Source: Octopus sinensis
Taxonomy: Eukaryota
Assembly (NCBI RefSeq): GCF_006345805.1
Contig: NC_043013.1
Span: 44,764,001-44,828,000, forward strand
Direction: 5' to 3'
DNA: 64,000 bases
Part shown: piece after piece, positions 51,600-64,000 of the stretch
Layout of the letters: every line of letters starts with the position of its first letter
How positions within the stretch are numbered: the stretch's first letter is position 1
Program-made: the position numbers and the translations under genes
Notes under the pieces: model-generated
What the model was told of the DNA's origin: nothing
Database searches by the model: none
What the model saw: the letters and a program-made list of their open reading frames with translations, nothing else

Positions 51600-52169
51600 T
51601 TGGGTTGTCCGGAAAGTTCGTGCCGATTTTTAAAGGAAAGAAAAAGGTCAATAAATACTTGCCATTACATTTTTAATCAACCAAATATAAACCATTTTGT
51701 TGCACAATGCGTCTCCATCTTTCCTTTAACTTGAAAATACCTTCTTACCAGAAATTAGGTGGTTTCATGGCAAAGAATTCATCAAGGTATCTTTTTATGT
51801 CATCCAAGGAATTGAAATTTTTACCATTAAGACTATTCTTCAGAGACCTGAATAAGTGGAAATCCGAGGGAGCAATATCTGGTAAATATGGAGGGTGGGG
51901 TAACACATCCCAGCCAAGCTGCAGCAATTTTGGTCTGGTTCCCAAAGCATCAAGTGCCGAAAATGAACTTTCTTATCTTCCATTTTAAAGGGTTACATAA
52001 TTAACATAGGTTATAGGAAGATAAACATTCTTCCACGAAAAGATAGCTTACGTAAACTGTGCTCTAAATGGAGGTGTAGTCAAATCCTATTTTATGGACT
52101 CAACCGTGTTCTAAAATAAGTCGAAAGGTAAGCTACTATAAATCGGCACGAACTTTCCGGACAACCTAA
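51600..52169 (-). mobile_element. Internally deleted mariner element
   Basis: TIRs ttgggttgtccggaaagttcgtgccgattt; ORF LGWDVLPHPPYLPDIAPSDFHLFRSLKNSL. Confidence 0.9.
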
Positions 52170-52262
52170 TACTATTTATCTGGTTTAAAGTTGTATCAAC
52201 CATTGCGGTTGGGTCCCCTTTGCCTCCTGGTAACCAATATTTTTAGACCCACACCGCCAATG

Positions 52263-52379
<117 letters not shown>

Positions 52380-52757
52380 TATATATGTACACACACGCAC
52401 GCACGCACACACATACATATACATACATGTACATATATATATGCGTGTGTGTTTGTTTGTGTGAATGGAGTATAAAATAATTAAGGTAGTTAATTTAAAA
52501 CCAAAGAGGAAATAATTCACCGTCACTGAAAAGTTATGAAGGGCGCAGTGAATAACAGCATTGCTAGAAATAAGAATCAAGGCTCTTTAGTCACAAAAGC
52601 ACATTTTCTATGTACTGACAAAGGTGACAACTTCCCCACCACAAGATATATATACATATAAATATACATATATATATATATATATATATACATTGTATAC
52701 ATATACATATATATGATACATATATATAGGTACATGAGAAAGAAAATGTTATATTAC

Positions 52758-52961
52758 ATAGAAGAGTGGTAGTCGGCAATGCCGTGGTTGTAGTTATGGA
52801 ACCTGGTGTACATTCAGCAAAGACAGCTGGGTAGCAATTTTTTTCTTTGTAGTCAAAGAGTTCGTCTGGACCGCACGATAGTTCAACTTCAACTTTGTTG
52901 ATGCATTCAAAATATTTCTTGCAGTCGTTTTCATTGGGTTTTCTGCCAGAAAATGTACAAG
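52758..52961 (-). CDS. Chitin-binding type-2 domain exon with short Thr linker
   Basis: ctttcag|CT...CTA T|gtaata; CTFSGRKPNENDCKKYFECINKVEVELSCGPDELFDYKEKNCYPAVFAECTPGSITTTTALPTTTL; 204 bp. Confidence 0.88.
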
Positions 52962-53048
52962 CTGAAAGAACAGAACAGAAGTGAGTAAACAGAAACACAA
53001 TATGAATATATATACATACATACACTCATACATACATACATACATACA

Positions 53049-53084
<36 letters not shown>

Positions 53085-53122
53085 TATACATATTACATAT
53101 ATATATATATACATATATATAC

Positions 53123-53194
<72 letters not shown>

Positions 53195-53481
53195 TATAAT
53201 ATACATACATATACATATATATATATATACATATATATATACATATATATATTTATTTTATAGAGGAGCTTCTACAGGACTAGAACTCTAGTCCTGTAGA
53301 AGCTCCTTCTATAAAATATATTACTTACTCTGCTATGTATTAAGTACCTTATTTACTGTGGTTAACCCCGACTCAACCCGGGACCTACATATACATATAT
53401 ATATATATGTATATATGTATGTGTGTGTATATATATAATATATAGTATATGTATATGTGTGTGTGCATGTATCTATGTATG

Positions 53482-53550
<69 letters not shown>

Positions 53551-54569
53551 TGATTAATTAAATTTATACATCACTACCATATTAACACTAACGGAACCGT
53601 AGTAACTTTAAACAATATAAACCGAGCTAAACATAGCAAAATAGCAAAAGTAATGAGGAAGGGATCATGGGACAGATGTAGTTTCTCCTAAAACTCTGGT
53701 CATCACATTCCTACCCGATCAGTATTGGACAAGAGCTGAACATCGGATTTAGTAGCAAAACCGTCGCACATAAACTTTCACGAAAAGGCCTATTGCTTCT
53801 GATATGAGCATATCTAAAGGGACATACTTCCAAAAATAAGCCAAAATCCCCAACGAACAGTTAAAGAGTTATATGGTTTCAATGGTAAAAGACAGCAATG
53901 CCAAATGGTTAACCGAATGGTTAAGAAATCACGGTTCAAGCCCCAGCTGGGTCGACGGAATTCTGTTTTTGCCTTGTCGTGCATGTTTCATTTCAGATGT
54001 ACATAAGAGGATGTCTTCGAGACACGCTGCGTGGAATTACATCTTGGCAAGTTTTGGATCCAGTCAAACGAAAACCCCGTCACAGGTGAAGGGGGGGAGG
54101 GTTCCATTTATCTTCACCCATCTTCCTTTTATCTTTACGAAATCCAGCGGCGAGGGAGGGTACAAGGACGGCGAGAGTACGTTTTCCACAAACTGGGATC
54201 CCACAGATGAAGAAGAAGAAAAAGAAGAAGAAGGAGGAGGGGAAGAAGGAGGGGGAGGGGAGGAGGAGAAGAAGAAGAAGAAGAAATAGAAGAAGAAGAA
54301 GAAGAAGAATGGGAGGAGGGGGTAGAAGAAGAAGTAGAATGGGATGAGGGGGGAGTAGAAGAAAGAGGAGGAGGAGGAGAAGAAGAAGGAGAGGAGGAGG
54401 AGGAGGAGGAGGAGAACAAGAAGAAGAAGAACAAGAAGAAGAAGAAAAAAGAAGAAGAAAAAGAAGAGAACAAGAACAAGAACAAGAACAAGAACAAGAA
54501 CAAGAACAAGAACAAGAAGAAGAAGAAGAGAAGAAGAAGAAGAAGAAAAGAAGAAGAAATTCGTATTAC

Positions 54570-54797
54570 GTGTTGCCGTTGGTTGTCGTAAAGTTGTGGT
54601 TGTGGTAGTCGGCAATGCCGTGGTTGTAGTTATGGAACCTGGTGTACATTCAGCAAAGACAGCTGGGTAGCAATTTTTTTCTATGTAATCAAAGTTCTCA
54701 TCTGGACCGCACGATAGTTCAACTTCAACGTTGTTGATGCATTCAAAATATTTCTTGCAGTCGTTTTCATTGGGTTTTCTGCCAGAAAATGTACAAG
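54570..54797 (-). CDS. Chitin-binding type-2 domain exon (duplicate)
   Basis: 228 bp, phase 1-1; differs from 56498-56725 by compensating -1/+1 indels (LRQPT vs LPTTT). Confidence 0.8.
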
Positions 54798-54970
54798 CTG
54801 AAAGAACAGAACAGAGGTGAGTAAACAGAAGCATAATAGGAAGTCATACATACATACACTTATACATACATACATACATACATACATACATACATACATA
54901 CATACATACATACGTACGTACATACATACATGCATGCATGCATGCATTCATACATACATACATACATACA

Positions 54971-55005
<35 letters not shown>

Positions 55006-55040
55006 TACATATATACATATTATATTATATACATATATAC

Positions 55041-55071
<31 letters not shown>

Positions 55072-55072
55072 C

Positions 55073-55113
<41 letters not shown>

Positions 55114-55423
55114 TATAATATATATACATACATATACATATATATATATACATATATATATACATATATATATTTATTTTATAGAAGGAGCTTCTACAGG
55201 ACTATCCTGTAGAAGCTCCTTCTATAAAATATATTACTTTACTCTGCTATGTATTAAGTACCTTATTTACTGTGGTTAACCCCGACTCAACCGGGACCTA
55301 CATATACATATAATATATATATGTATATATGTATGTGTGTGTATATATATATATTATATATGTATATGTATATGTGTGTGTGCATGTAGTATGTAGTATG
55401 TATATATATATATATTATATATA

Positions 55424-55468
<45 letters not shown>

Positions 55469-56497
55469 TATTATATATATATATACCTGATTAATTAAAT
55501 TTATACATCACTCACTACCATATTAACACTAACGGAACCGTAGTAACTTAAACAATATAAACCGAGCTAAACATAGCAAAATAGCAAAAGTAATGAGGAA
55601 GGGATCATGGGACAGATGTAGTTTCTCCTAAAACTCTGGTCATCACATTCCTACCCGATCAGTATTGGACAAGAGCTGAACATCGGATTTAGTAGCAAAA
55701 CCGTCGCACATAAACTTTCACGAAAAGGCCTATTGCTTCTGATATGAGCATATCTAAAGGGACATACTTCCAAAATTAACCAAATATCCAAACATCCCCA
55801 ACGAACAGTTAAAGAGTTATATGGTCTCAATGGTAAAAGACAGCAATGCCAAATGGTTAACCGAATGGTTTACGAATGTTAAATCACGGGTCAAGCCCCA
55901 GCTGGGTCGACGGAATTCTGTTTTTGCCTTGTCGTGCATGTCTCATTTCAGATGTACATAAGAGGATGTCTTCGAGACACGCTGCGTGGAATTACATCTT
56001 GGCAAGTTTTGGATCCAGTCAAACGAAAACCCCGTCACAGGTGAAGGGGGGAGGGTTCCATTTATCTTCACCCATCTTCCTTTTATCTTTACGAAATCCA
56101 GCGGCGAGGGAGGGTACAAGGACGGCGAGAGTACGTTTTCCACAAACTGGGATCCCACAGATGAAGAAGAAGAAAAAGAAGAAGGAGGAGGAGGAAGAGG
56201 GAGGGGCAGGGAGGAGAGAAGAGAAGAAGAAGAAGAAATAGAAGAAGAAGAAAGAATGGGAGGAGGGGAGAAGAATGAAGAGTAGAAGTGAATGGGATGA
56301 GGGGGGAGTAGAAGAAAGATGAGGAGGAGGGGAAAAAGAGAAGGAGGAGGAGGAGGAGAGAGGAGAAAAGAAGAACAAGAAGAAGAAGAAAAAAGAAGAA
56401 GAAAAAGAAGAAGAACAAGAACAAGAACAAGAACAAGAACAAGAACAAGAACAAGAAGAAGAAGAAGAAGAAGAAAAGAAGAAGAAATTCGTATTAC

Positions 56498-56725
56498 GTG
56501 TTGCCGTGGTTGTCGGTAAAGTTGTGGTTGTGGTAGTCGGCAATGCCGTGGTTGTAGTTATGGAACCTGGTGTACATTCAGCAAAGACAGCTGGGTAGCA
56601 ATTTTTTTCTATGTAATCAAAGTTCTCATCTGGACCGCACGATAGTTCAACTTCAACGTTGTTGATGCATTCAAAATATTTCTTGCAGTCGTTTTCATTG
56701 GGTTTTCTGCCAGAAAATGTACAAG
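56498..56725 (-). CDS. Chitin-binding type-2 domain exon with Thr-rich linker
   Basis: ctttcag|CT...ACA C|gtaata; CTFSGRKPNENDCKKYFECINNVEVELSCGPDENFDYIEKNCYPAVFAECTPGSITTTTALPTTTTTTLPTTTAT. Confidence 0.88.
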
Positions 56726-56769
56726 CTGAAAGAACAGAACAGAGGTGAGTAAACAGAAGCATAATAGGA

Positions 56770-57460
56770 AGTCATACATACATACACTTATACATACATA
56801 CATACATACATACATACATACATACATACATACATACATACATACGTACGTACATACATACATGCATGCATGCATGCATTCATACATACATACATACATA
56901 CATACATACGTACGTACGTACGTACTTACATACATACATACATACATACATACATGTATTCATACATACATACATACATGCATGCATGCATGCATTCATA
57001 CATACATACATACATACATACATACATACATGCATACATACATGCATTCATACATACATACATACATACATGCATGCATTCATACATACATACATACATA
57101 CATACATACATGCATTCATACATACATACATACATGCATGCATGCATGCATTCATACATACATACATACATACATACATACATACATACATACATACATA
57201 CATACATGCATACGTACGTACGTACGTACGTACTTACATACATACATACATTCATACATACATACATGCATTCATACATTCATACATGTATGTATACATA
57301 CATGCATGCATGCATGCATACATGCATACATACATACATACATGCATACATACATACATACATACATACATACATACATACATACATACACGCATGCATA
57401 CATACATACATGCATGCATACATACATATATTCATACATTTACACAGACATGCATACTTA
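56770..57460 (+). repeat. Long (TACA/TGCA)n microsatellite
   Basis: Direct inspection; similar arrays at 37460-37615, 59279-59850 and 60880-61085. Confidence 0.95.
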
Positions 57461-57509
57461 ATACATACTTATGTGTGTGTCTATGTGTGTATGTATGTAT
57501 ATATGTATG

Positions 57510-59270
57510 TCATTATTCAGTTTATTTCAAGATTTCTTGCCAATAGAGGAAGAACCGGTTTCTAATCTAGAACCAAAGTTCCTTCATTGGAATTTTATCA
57601 TCAACAACAGAGTATTTTTGCATGTATGTATCTATGTATGTATGTGCGCATGTAGGTATGTAAGTATGTATTTATGAATGCATGCATGTAAGTATTTATG
57701 TATGTATGTGTGTATGCATGTATGTATGTATATATGTATGCATGCATGTATGTATGTATGTATGCATGTATGTATGTATGTATGCATGTATGTATGCATG
57801 TATGTATGTATGTATGTATGTATGCATGTAAGTATGTATTTATACATGCAGATTTGTATGTTTTATGTATGAATTCTCATGCATAGAGTTACATATCTAG
57901 AGATGCTCGTATATATTTAAATGATAAACTTCTGGCAAGTTTTACAGATTTTTACAGTTCCACTGATGGATTGGATCTGTAGCCTTCGAATTAGCTTTCT
58001 TCTTTCTGGTTTTGAGAAGCCTAATTTCTCAAGATTGGTATTTAGGCAGTGTGTTACATATTCCAGGGCTCCAATAATTATAGGTATAAACCTGAACTTG
58101 TAATCTGGAGAGAGTAACTGCAAATTTCTCAATAGTTCAGCATAAGTGTTCTCTTTTTCACTGATCTTCAGCTTTATGTTAACATCCGCTGAGCAGCTAA
58201 TTTCCACAACTGTGCACAGTTTCTCTTCTCTATCCCAAATCATTATATCAAGTCCGGTGTGCTTACGTTTTATTGAGGTCTTCACTGGGACATTCCACCA
58301 GTATTCCTTTTCATTATGAGTGGCTATGGCCTCTGCCATATTGTGAGTTTTATTTCTTTGTCCTCGGGATTATCCTTCCGATGGATTTCATTGTAGAGTG
58401 TCCTAGCTACAACGTCATGTCTCATCGCTAGATAATACCATGATGACATTTTCGGACAACTGCTTATGATGTGGGTGATATCTTCAATGTGAACTCCGCA
58501 GTCTGCATCGGTTGTCACATTTTATGGCTTTTCCCGCATCTCTATCCCTTTTGTGCATCAGGTACTTGGTTGATATTTCCTGTTCCTGGATTGCAAACGC
58601 ATACCCTTCAAAGTGGAAGGTAATAACCCGGCTATTCGTCCATGATAGACTGCTTTGATGGTCGATGTTATTATCATCACTGAGCTTTCTACTAACATAT
58701 CCATGCATAGTCTTCTGCTCATATAGGCTAATCTTTTCATCTGATGATACGTTGCGGTAGAGTCGTGCGACTTCTTTGGGCATGCATTCTAGGTTATCAG
58801 ACAAGGAATGTTGCTCAAGGAGTTGTCTTCCAAGTTTTATGATGCTGGCAGCTTCATGTAGGCAAACTTGGTCAAGGGATGCACTTCGACGCTTGGTGGT
58901 TAAAAGATGTTACCGAAGGGATATGATGCGACATTCAAAGGCACATAGGATCGATGTTAAACCTCTGCCGCCTTGTTTACGTTTTAGCTAGAGGCGGTCT
59001 ACGTCACTGTTTATGTGGAGATTGTGTGCTTGTTAGTATTTTTCGGATTTTCACATCAATGGCTCGGATCTCATCAAGTGTCCAATCAAGCATCCCAAAT
59101 GTTAGTATGAGTACTGCAAACACACTGTGGGCCACTGTTTTATTGAATGCAGAAAGTTCTGAGGTCCAAATTTTCTTTATTAGGCTGCAATATTCTTTAG
59201 TGACATACAGGTGCCACTGTAAGATATATTTTCATCCATCCCTAGATACCTGTAACATTCCTCGTCAGAT
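57510..59270 (-). mobile_element. 5'-truncated R4/Dong-like non-LTR retrotransposon (RT end, CCHC knuckle, restriction-like endonuclease)
   Basis: CYRYLGMDE; AFAIQEQEISTKY..CDNRCRL..EDITHIISSCP..RHDVV; YWWNVPVKT..DIMIWDREEKLCTVVEISC..KENTY..IPIIIGAL; embedded in (TACA)n. Confidence 0.8.
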
Positions 59271-59285
59271 ATGTACGTATGTATG

Positions 59286-59316
<31 letters not shown>

Positions 59317-59802
59317 TGTTATGTATGTATGTATGTATGTATGCATGCATGTATGTATGTATGTATTTATGTATGTATGTATGCATGCATGCATGTATTA
59401 TGTATTTATTATGTATGTATGTATGTATGTATGTATGTATGTAGTATGCATGTTATGTATGTATGTATGTATGTATGTATGTATGCATGTATGTATGTAT
59501 GTATGTATATATGTATGTATGCATGTATGTATGTATGCATGCATGCATGTATGTATGTATGTAAGTATGTATGTATGTATGCATGTATGTGTGTATGTAT
59601 GTATGCATGTATGTATGCATGTATGTATGTATGTATGCATGTATGTATGTATGTATGTATGTTGTATGTATGTATGTATGTATGTATGCATGTATGTGTG
59701 TATGTATGTATGCATGTATGTATGCATGTATGTATGTATGTATGCATGTATGTATGTATGTATGCATGTATGTGTGTATGTATGTATGCATGTATGTATG
59801 CG

Positions 59803-59834
<32 letters not shown>

Positions 59835-59949
59835 TGTATGTATGTATGTACCTATATCTGAACTTTGACACACATACCAAAATATGTTGTATTTCGAACT
59901 GGTATGTACATCCAGGGTGAGGTCATGCCTGTAGTCCTGCTGTCACACT

Positions 59950-60874
59950 CAAACTCGGTTTTTGAAACTGGTAGTACACATTAAACAGAGTAAAATGGTA
60001 GCGTGTACTACATATCATCCATTTGATGCTCCAAATCATAGAGACTCATTCGAAGAGAGCCTCAAAACATGGAAGAAATATTAGTCAGCCTAGATGACAG
60101 CCTTCATATACTTCTAGGAGACTTCAAGCCCCTAATGTCGAATGACCCGAGAGCCCCTAATGTCGATTATGTCCCTACATGAACAAAAGCAAGCAGAGAC
60201 ACTGCTCGACCACATAAACATCTCCATGGGGAAAATAGTTTCCCATCCAACAAGCGGTAAACCTGTTCTAGACGTTTGCTTCACAAATAACATGATTTTC
60301 TCGGACCAGAGCTTAATATAACTATCAATGTATGATCCGCAGAAAACTGCAGCCGTGCAAGGCTACTAGAAACACCCGACTCCTTTCCAGCCTGAATTTT
60401 CATATAGCTGATTGGAAGGGTATTCAGAAAGAGATCATGGAATAAGATTGGTCTACCAGTCACTCGACGCAAGATATTGATATAAATTGGAGCACTCTAT
60501 GACAATCATGCATGACATAGGCAGTAGGTTTGCTCCAGAGCGAATGTGAAACCGACGGAAAAGCATAATTCCCAGAGATAGGAAAAGTCTAATGAGACGA
60601 CGAACAAATATCTCAAACCATCTAAATGGGCCACTAAAGGATAGCGAAGAATCCTACCTCAAATGAAAATTATTTAAGCTTGATAGTGACCTCAAACACT
60701 CCCATGGAAAAGAAAAGATAGAGAAAGGGGCCAGTTCAGTAAAAAATGTAATGACAAAACCTGAAGCCTTCTATAGATTTCCCAAAGAATTTGCTTCGGT
60801 GCGGTAAATGTATAGCCACTTTTCGAAGATGGTATGTGTATTTCAGCATCCGAGTTGTCAGAGTTCAGATATAA

Positions 60875-60909
<35 letters not shown>

Positions 60910-61240
60910 CATACATACATACTACATACATACATACATACATACAAACATACATACATACATACATGCATGCATACATACATACATACATACATACATA
61001 CATACATACATACATACATACATACATACATACATACATACATGCATGCATACATACATACATACATACATACATACATACATACAAAGAACTTTCGAAG
61101 AAAATGGCTCACTGGCTGCAGATCCCCAGAGGATAAGTGAAATACTAAATGTGCAAAACAAACGTATTTTCACAACTCCGTTGGGACACTTACAAATAGC
61201 TACGTTGGATGAGTTCTTCGACACAACAAATCTACACAAG
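59950..61240 (+). pseudogene. CR1-like LINE ORF2 fragment (APE C-terminus and linker), split by a TACA tract
   Basis: LLGDF, HPTSGKPVLDVCFTNN, DPQRISEILNVQNKRIFTTP remnants. Confidence 0.55.
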
Positions 61241-61337
61241 GAAATGGTAATTACTGATTACATCGAAATAGATAAAAACTGTATTTGTATATGTATGTAG
61301 GCATGTACCAATGCTTGTATGTTTAGTGTATATATAT

Positions 61338-61381
<44 letters not shown>

Positions 61382-61451
61382 ATATATATATATATATATA
61401 TCTATATATATATATATATATATATTATATATTAATATATTATATATATAT

Positions 61452-61504
<53 letters not shown>

Positions 61505-61505
61505 C

Positions 61506-61650
61506 AGGAAGCTTTATGAAAATAGACAAAAGACGAAGGCAGGTGGAATACAAACAAACAATTGTATTAGTATGGCGCTCAGGAATAAATAAAAACAAGT
61601 CTTTAACGTTTCGAGCCTACGCTCTTCAACAGAAAGATACACAGAGAAAA
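61506..61650 (-). repeat. Penelope-type terminal repeat with variant HHR; copies at 510-630 (HHR deleted) and 47750-47925 (inverted)
   Basis: Shared gaagctttatgaaaata..gacgaaggcaggtggaatacaaac..tatggcgctcaggaata. Confidence 0.6.
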
Positions 61651-62091
61651 AACAGAAAGAAGAGAGAAAAAAAATATGCGTGCAGAGGCTAGCGAATCAA
61701 CATGGCGATCTGATTTCGGCCAGAAGTCAAAGATCAAACGTGAGACGCAAGAGCGAAATTAGGGGAGATAATAGGGTTAAATGACCTCGCTCCAACATAA
61801 GAGTGTTGTGTGTGTATGAGAGAGTGTGTGTGTGTGTGTATGAGAGAGTATTAGTGCGTATGAGAGGTTTGGACGTGTGTATGTATATATGATGTGATGT
61901 GTAAAGTCGTATGATGTAGTGTAGAGAGAGGAGATGAGGGAAGAGGGGGTAAGGGGGGGGGGGGAGGGAGGGGGGATATATATATATAGTTAATCCAAAC
62001 ATGAAAACACAAAGAGAAAACACAACAACGCGAGGACGTGGAACAAGTATAGTGTTATTGGATGCTCAGGAAAGGAAAGAAAGAAGGAGAA

Positions 62092-62125
62092 TTTAACGTT
62101 TCGAGCGAAGCTCTTCGTCAGAAAC
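62092..62125 (-). ncRNA. Minimal hammerhead-like motif (canonical CUGACGA plus extra A)
   Basis: GUUU-CUGACGA-A-GAGC-UUC-GCUC-GAAA-CGUU^AAAU; palindromic AACGUU. Confidence 0.55.
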
Positions 62126-63070
62126 ATAGGAAAAGGAAAGAGCCAAGGAAAGGAATACGGAGGCAAAAAATCGCCAACGGTACACACGCGGTCACATTTA
62201 GGTTTTTTTGGGGTATGTGTATGTATTACTAAATGTATATTATTTTTCTGATGTTAGTTCTTTGTAAATGTTTTTTATTTTAAACGGACATATCTTTTTA
62301 ATTTATTTTAATTTGTTTTGCCATTAATTAATTTACCCTGGATATACCGATATTTTTCCTTCTACTAAAGCTAATTTTTGATTTGAGCTTTTCTTCGATT
62401 TTTATAATAGGATTTTAAATCGTAATTGTAATTTCACATAACCGGTTATTGAAAAGACTTTTAGTTGAAAGAACCAATGAAACAAAACCATTTTCAAACG
62501 TGTATCTATCAACGAATTTATGCATATAGCCTTATTGTTGTTCCATTCTCAACCAAAACTGTCCAACGAATATGGGAACGTGAAACTCTGAGAAACAGTT
62601 TTTGTGATGTCTTTGTAACTTTATTAATAATATATATATATAGTCAATTCAAATAAACGGATATAAACGGACAACATGAAGACGAGCATGGAAAATGCAT
62701 AAACTTGACGCTCGGTGAAAGGAGAGAGTTTGATGTTTCAAACAAACCTCTTCGTCGGAAAGGAGAAAAGAAAAAGTCTAAAGAAGGAGAAGAAATCACC
62801 AAAGGCACACGTGTAGTTACATATATAAACATATATACATAAATACATACATATATTGTACTTCTTCAAATTAATACAACACTACATTAACGCCTAACGG
62901 AAACCAACAGATCGGACAATATAATCTGAGATACACGATACTCGGGACAGTAACGGAGTGATCATCAAACACGTTTGATAATTGGTTAAATATGTCCAGT
63001 CACCATCCTCACAAAGCAAGCTCAGTGGGGTTACCAATAGTGCTCACAAGCAACCTGACATATATATATA

Positions 63071-63462
63071 TTTAAAGGGCTAAAAAACCACTACGTGGTT
63101 AGCCATATGCTAGAAGTAGATCACCTGAGATCAAACTACAAAGAAAAGAATGTTCTCTAGAGAAAAATTCAGCGGACACCAGAACAATATGCGGGCAAGA
63201 CAGGTGAAAATTATATTAAAAAACAAAAATTAATCGCAGACCTGGGTTTCGCCTATTAACGAATGAATCACTTATGTAATTGTAATCGTCCGTAGGGCTC
63301 GTCAGTACGATCGTTCCACAGGTAATATAATTTGTAAAACTAACCACCAGTTTTCCGTATAAAAACAGACACGTGCATAGTTTCACCGATTACATTGGGG
63401 TTAATTTCAAATATCTGAGTTCTGGCGCGCTAAAATTCCGGTTTTTTAGCCCTTTAAATATA
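63071..63462 (-). mobile_element. ~390-bp HHR-containing element bounded by 21-bp inverted repeats
   Basis: tatttaaagggctaaaaaacc (~63071) vs ggttttttagccctttaaata (~63441-63461); TA-rich flanks. Confidence 0.6.
63233..63311 (-). ncRNA. Type I hammerhead ribozyme (canonical), sense to the chitin-binding gene intron
   Basis: AUCGUA-CUGACGA-GCCCUA..UAGGC-GAAA-CC-CA-GG-UC^UGCGAU; C17 at 63239. Confidence 0.88.
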
Positions 63463-63626
63463 CACATGTATTAGAATTTTCTCTGATTCTTCAGATTTTT
63501 GTATGCTAAGCTACTCGTTTTAAATTGATATTAATTAAATTAATATTCAATTTATCTCCCTCATTATTTAAATGTTAAAATAATTTATATATATATAAAT
63601 ATATATATATATATACATATATAAAC

Positions 63627-63684
<58 letters not shown>

Positions 63685-63987
63685 GTGTGTGTGTGTGTGT
63701 GTTGTATATATTCTTTCGTATTTTTTCATTTGTCTTGCTTATTTTTACACTTTGGTTTTTTTGCTGAATTTTTTCTTGAGAACACATTCTTCGTGGAAAA
63801 TTACGATTTTGACGTCTATATCTAGCATAAAAGATGTCCACTTTTAGTGGTCAGTTCTCTGAATATATATATATTATCTTTTACTTCTTTACGAAATCCA
63901 ACGGCGAGAGAGGGGTCTAAGATGGCGGAAGTACGTTTTCCCAAAACTGGGATCTTTCTAAAGAGAGAAAGAAGATATTCTTATTAC

Positions 63988-64000
63988 GTGTTGCCGTGGT
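63988..64000 (-). CDS. 3' end of a further upstream chitin-binding exon (continues beyond the window)
   Basis: ACC ACG GCA ACA C|gtaata is identical to the end of exon 56498; downstream intron 63880-63960 is homologous to 56090-56160. Confidence 0.7.

Larger units (their letters stand above)
52760..56790. repeat. Recent ~1.93-kb tandem duplication (exon plus intron)
   Basis: Introns ~52980-54569 and ~54815-56497 are near-identical, including unique sequence 53560-54200 vs 55490-56160. Confidence 0.9.

Noticed and set aside
53873-54289. ORF MVSMVKDSNAKWLTEW... duplicated at 55876
   Set aside because: Antisense intronic sequence of the tandem duplication; the frames differ between copies and no domain is recognisable.

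Overview
Eukaryotic, extremely microsatellite- and repeat-rich genomic DNA, most likely a cephalopod (octopus-type SINE families and dense (TA)n/(TACA)n/(CA)n tracts; organism is inferred). Most ORFs in the supplied track are low-complexity artefacts. The one recognisable host gene is the 3' part of a minus-strand gene (41649 to beyond 64000) built from symmetric phase 1-1 exons. Each exon encodes one chitin-binding type-2 (peritrophin-A/CBM14) domain; there are recent tandem exon duplications, an inverted exon copy, a furin-type RKRR site and a terminal 4-Cys domain. The rest is a transposon graveyard: tRNA-derived SINEs, mariner elements, a hAT-like element with a nested mariner, a Merlin/ISXO2 element and MITEs, Helitron ends, and RTE, CR1-like and R4/Dong-like LINE fragments. 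The most striking unannotated signal is at least six unrelated families of type I hammerhead ribozyme (HHR) motifs. Two sit in short tandem repeats (~359 bp and ~478 bp monomers) with head-to-head inversions joined at or next to ribozyme stem I and ends abutting (TA)n. These look like non-LTR retrozymes, i.e. circular-RNA-producing, probably Penelope-mobilised elements. Frequent 1-bp indels between repeat copies suggest a noisy long-read assembly, so inversions and duplications need read-level validation. All folds were paired by eye; nothing was computed or searched.
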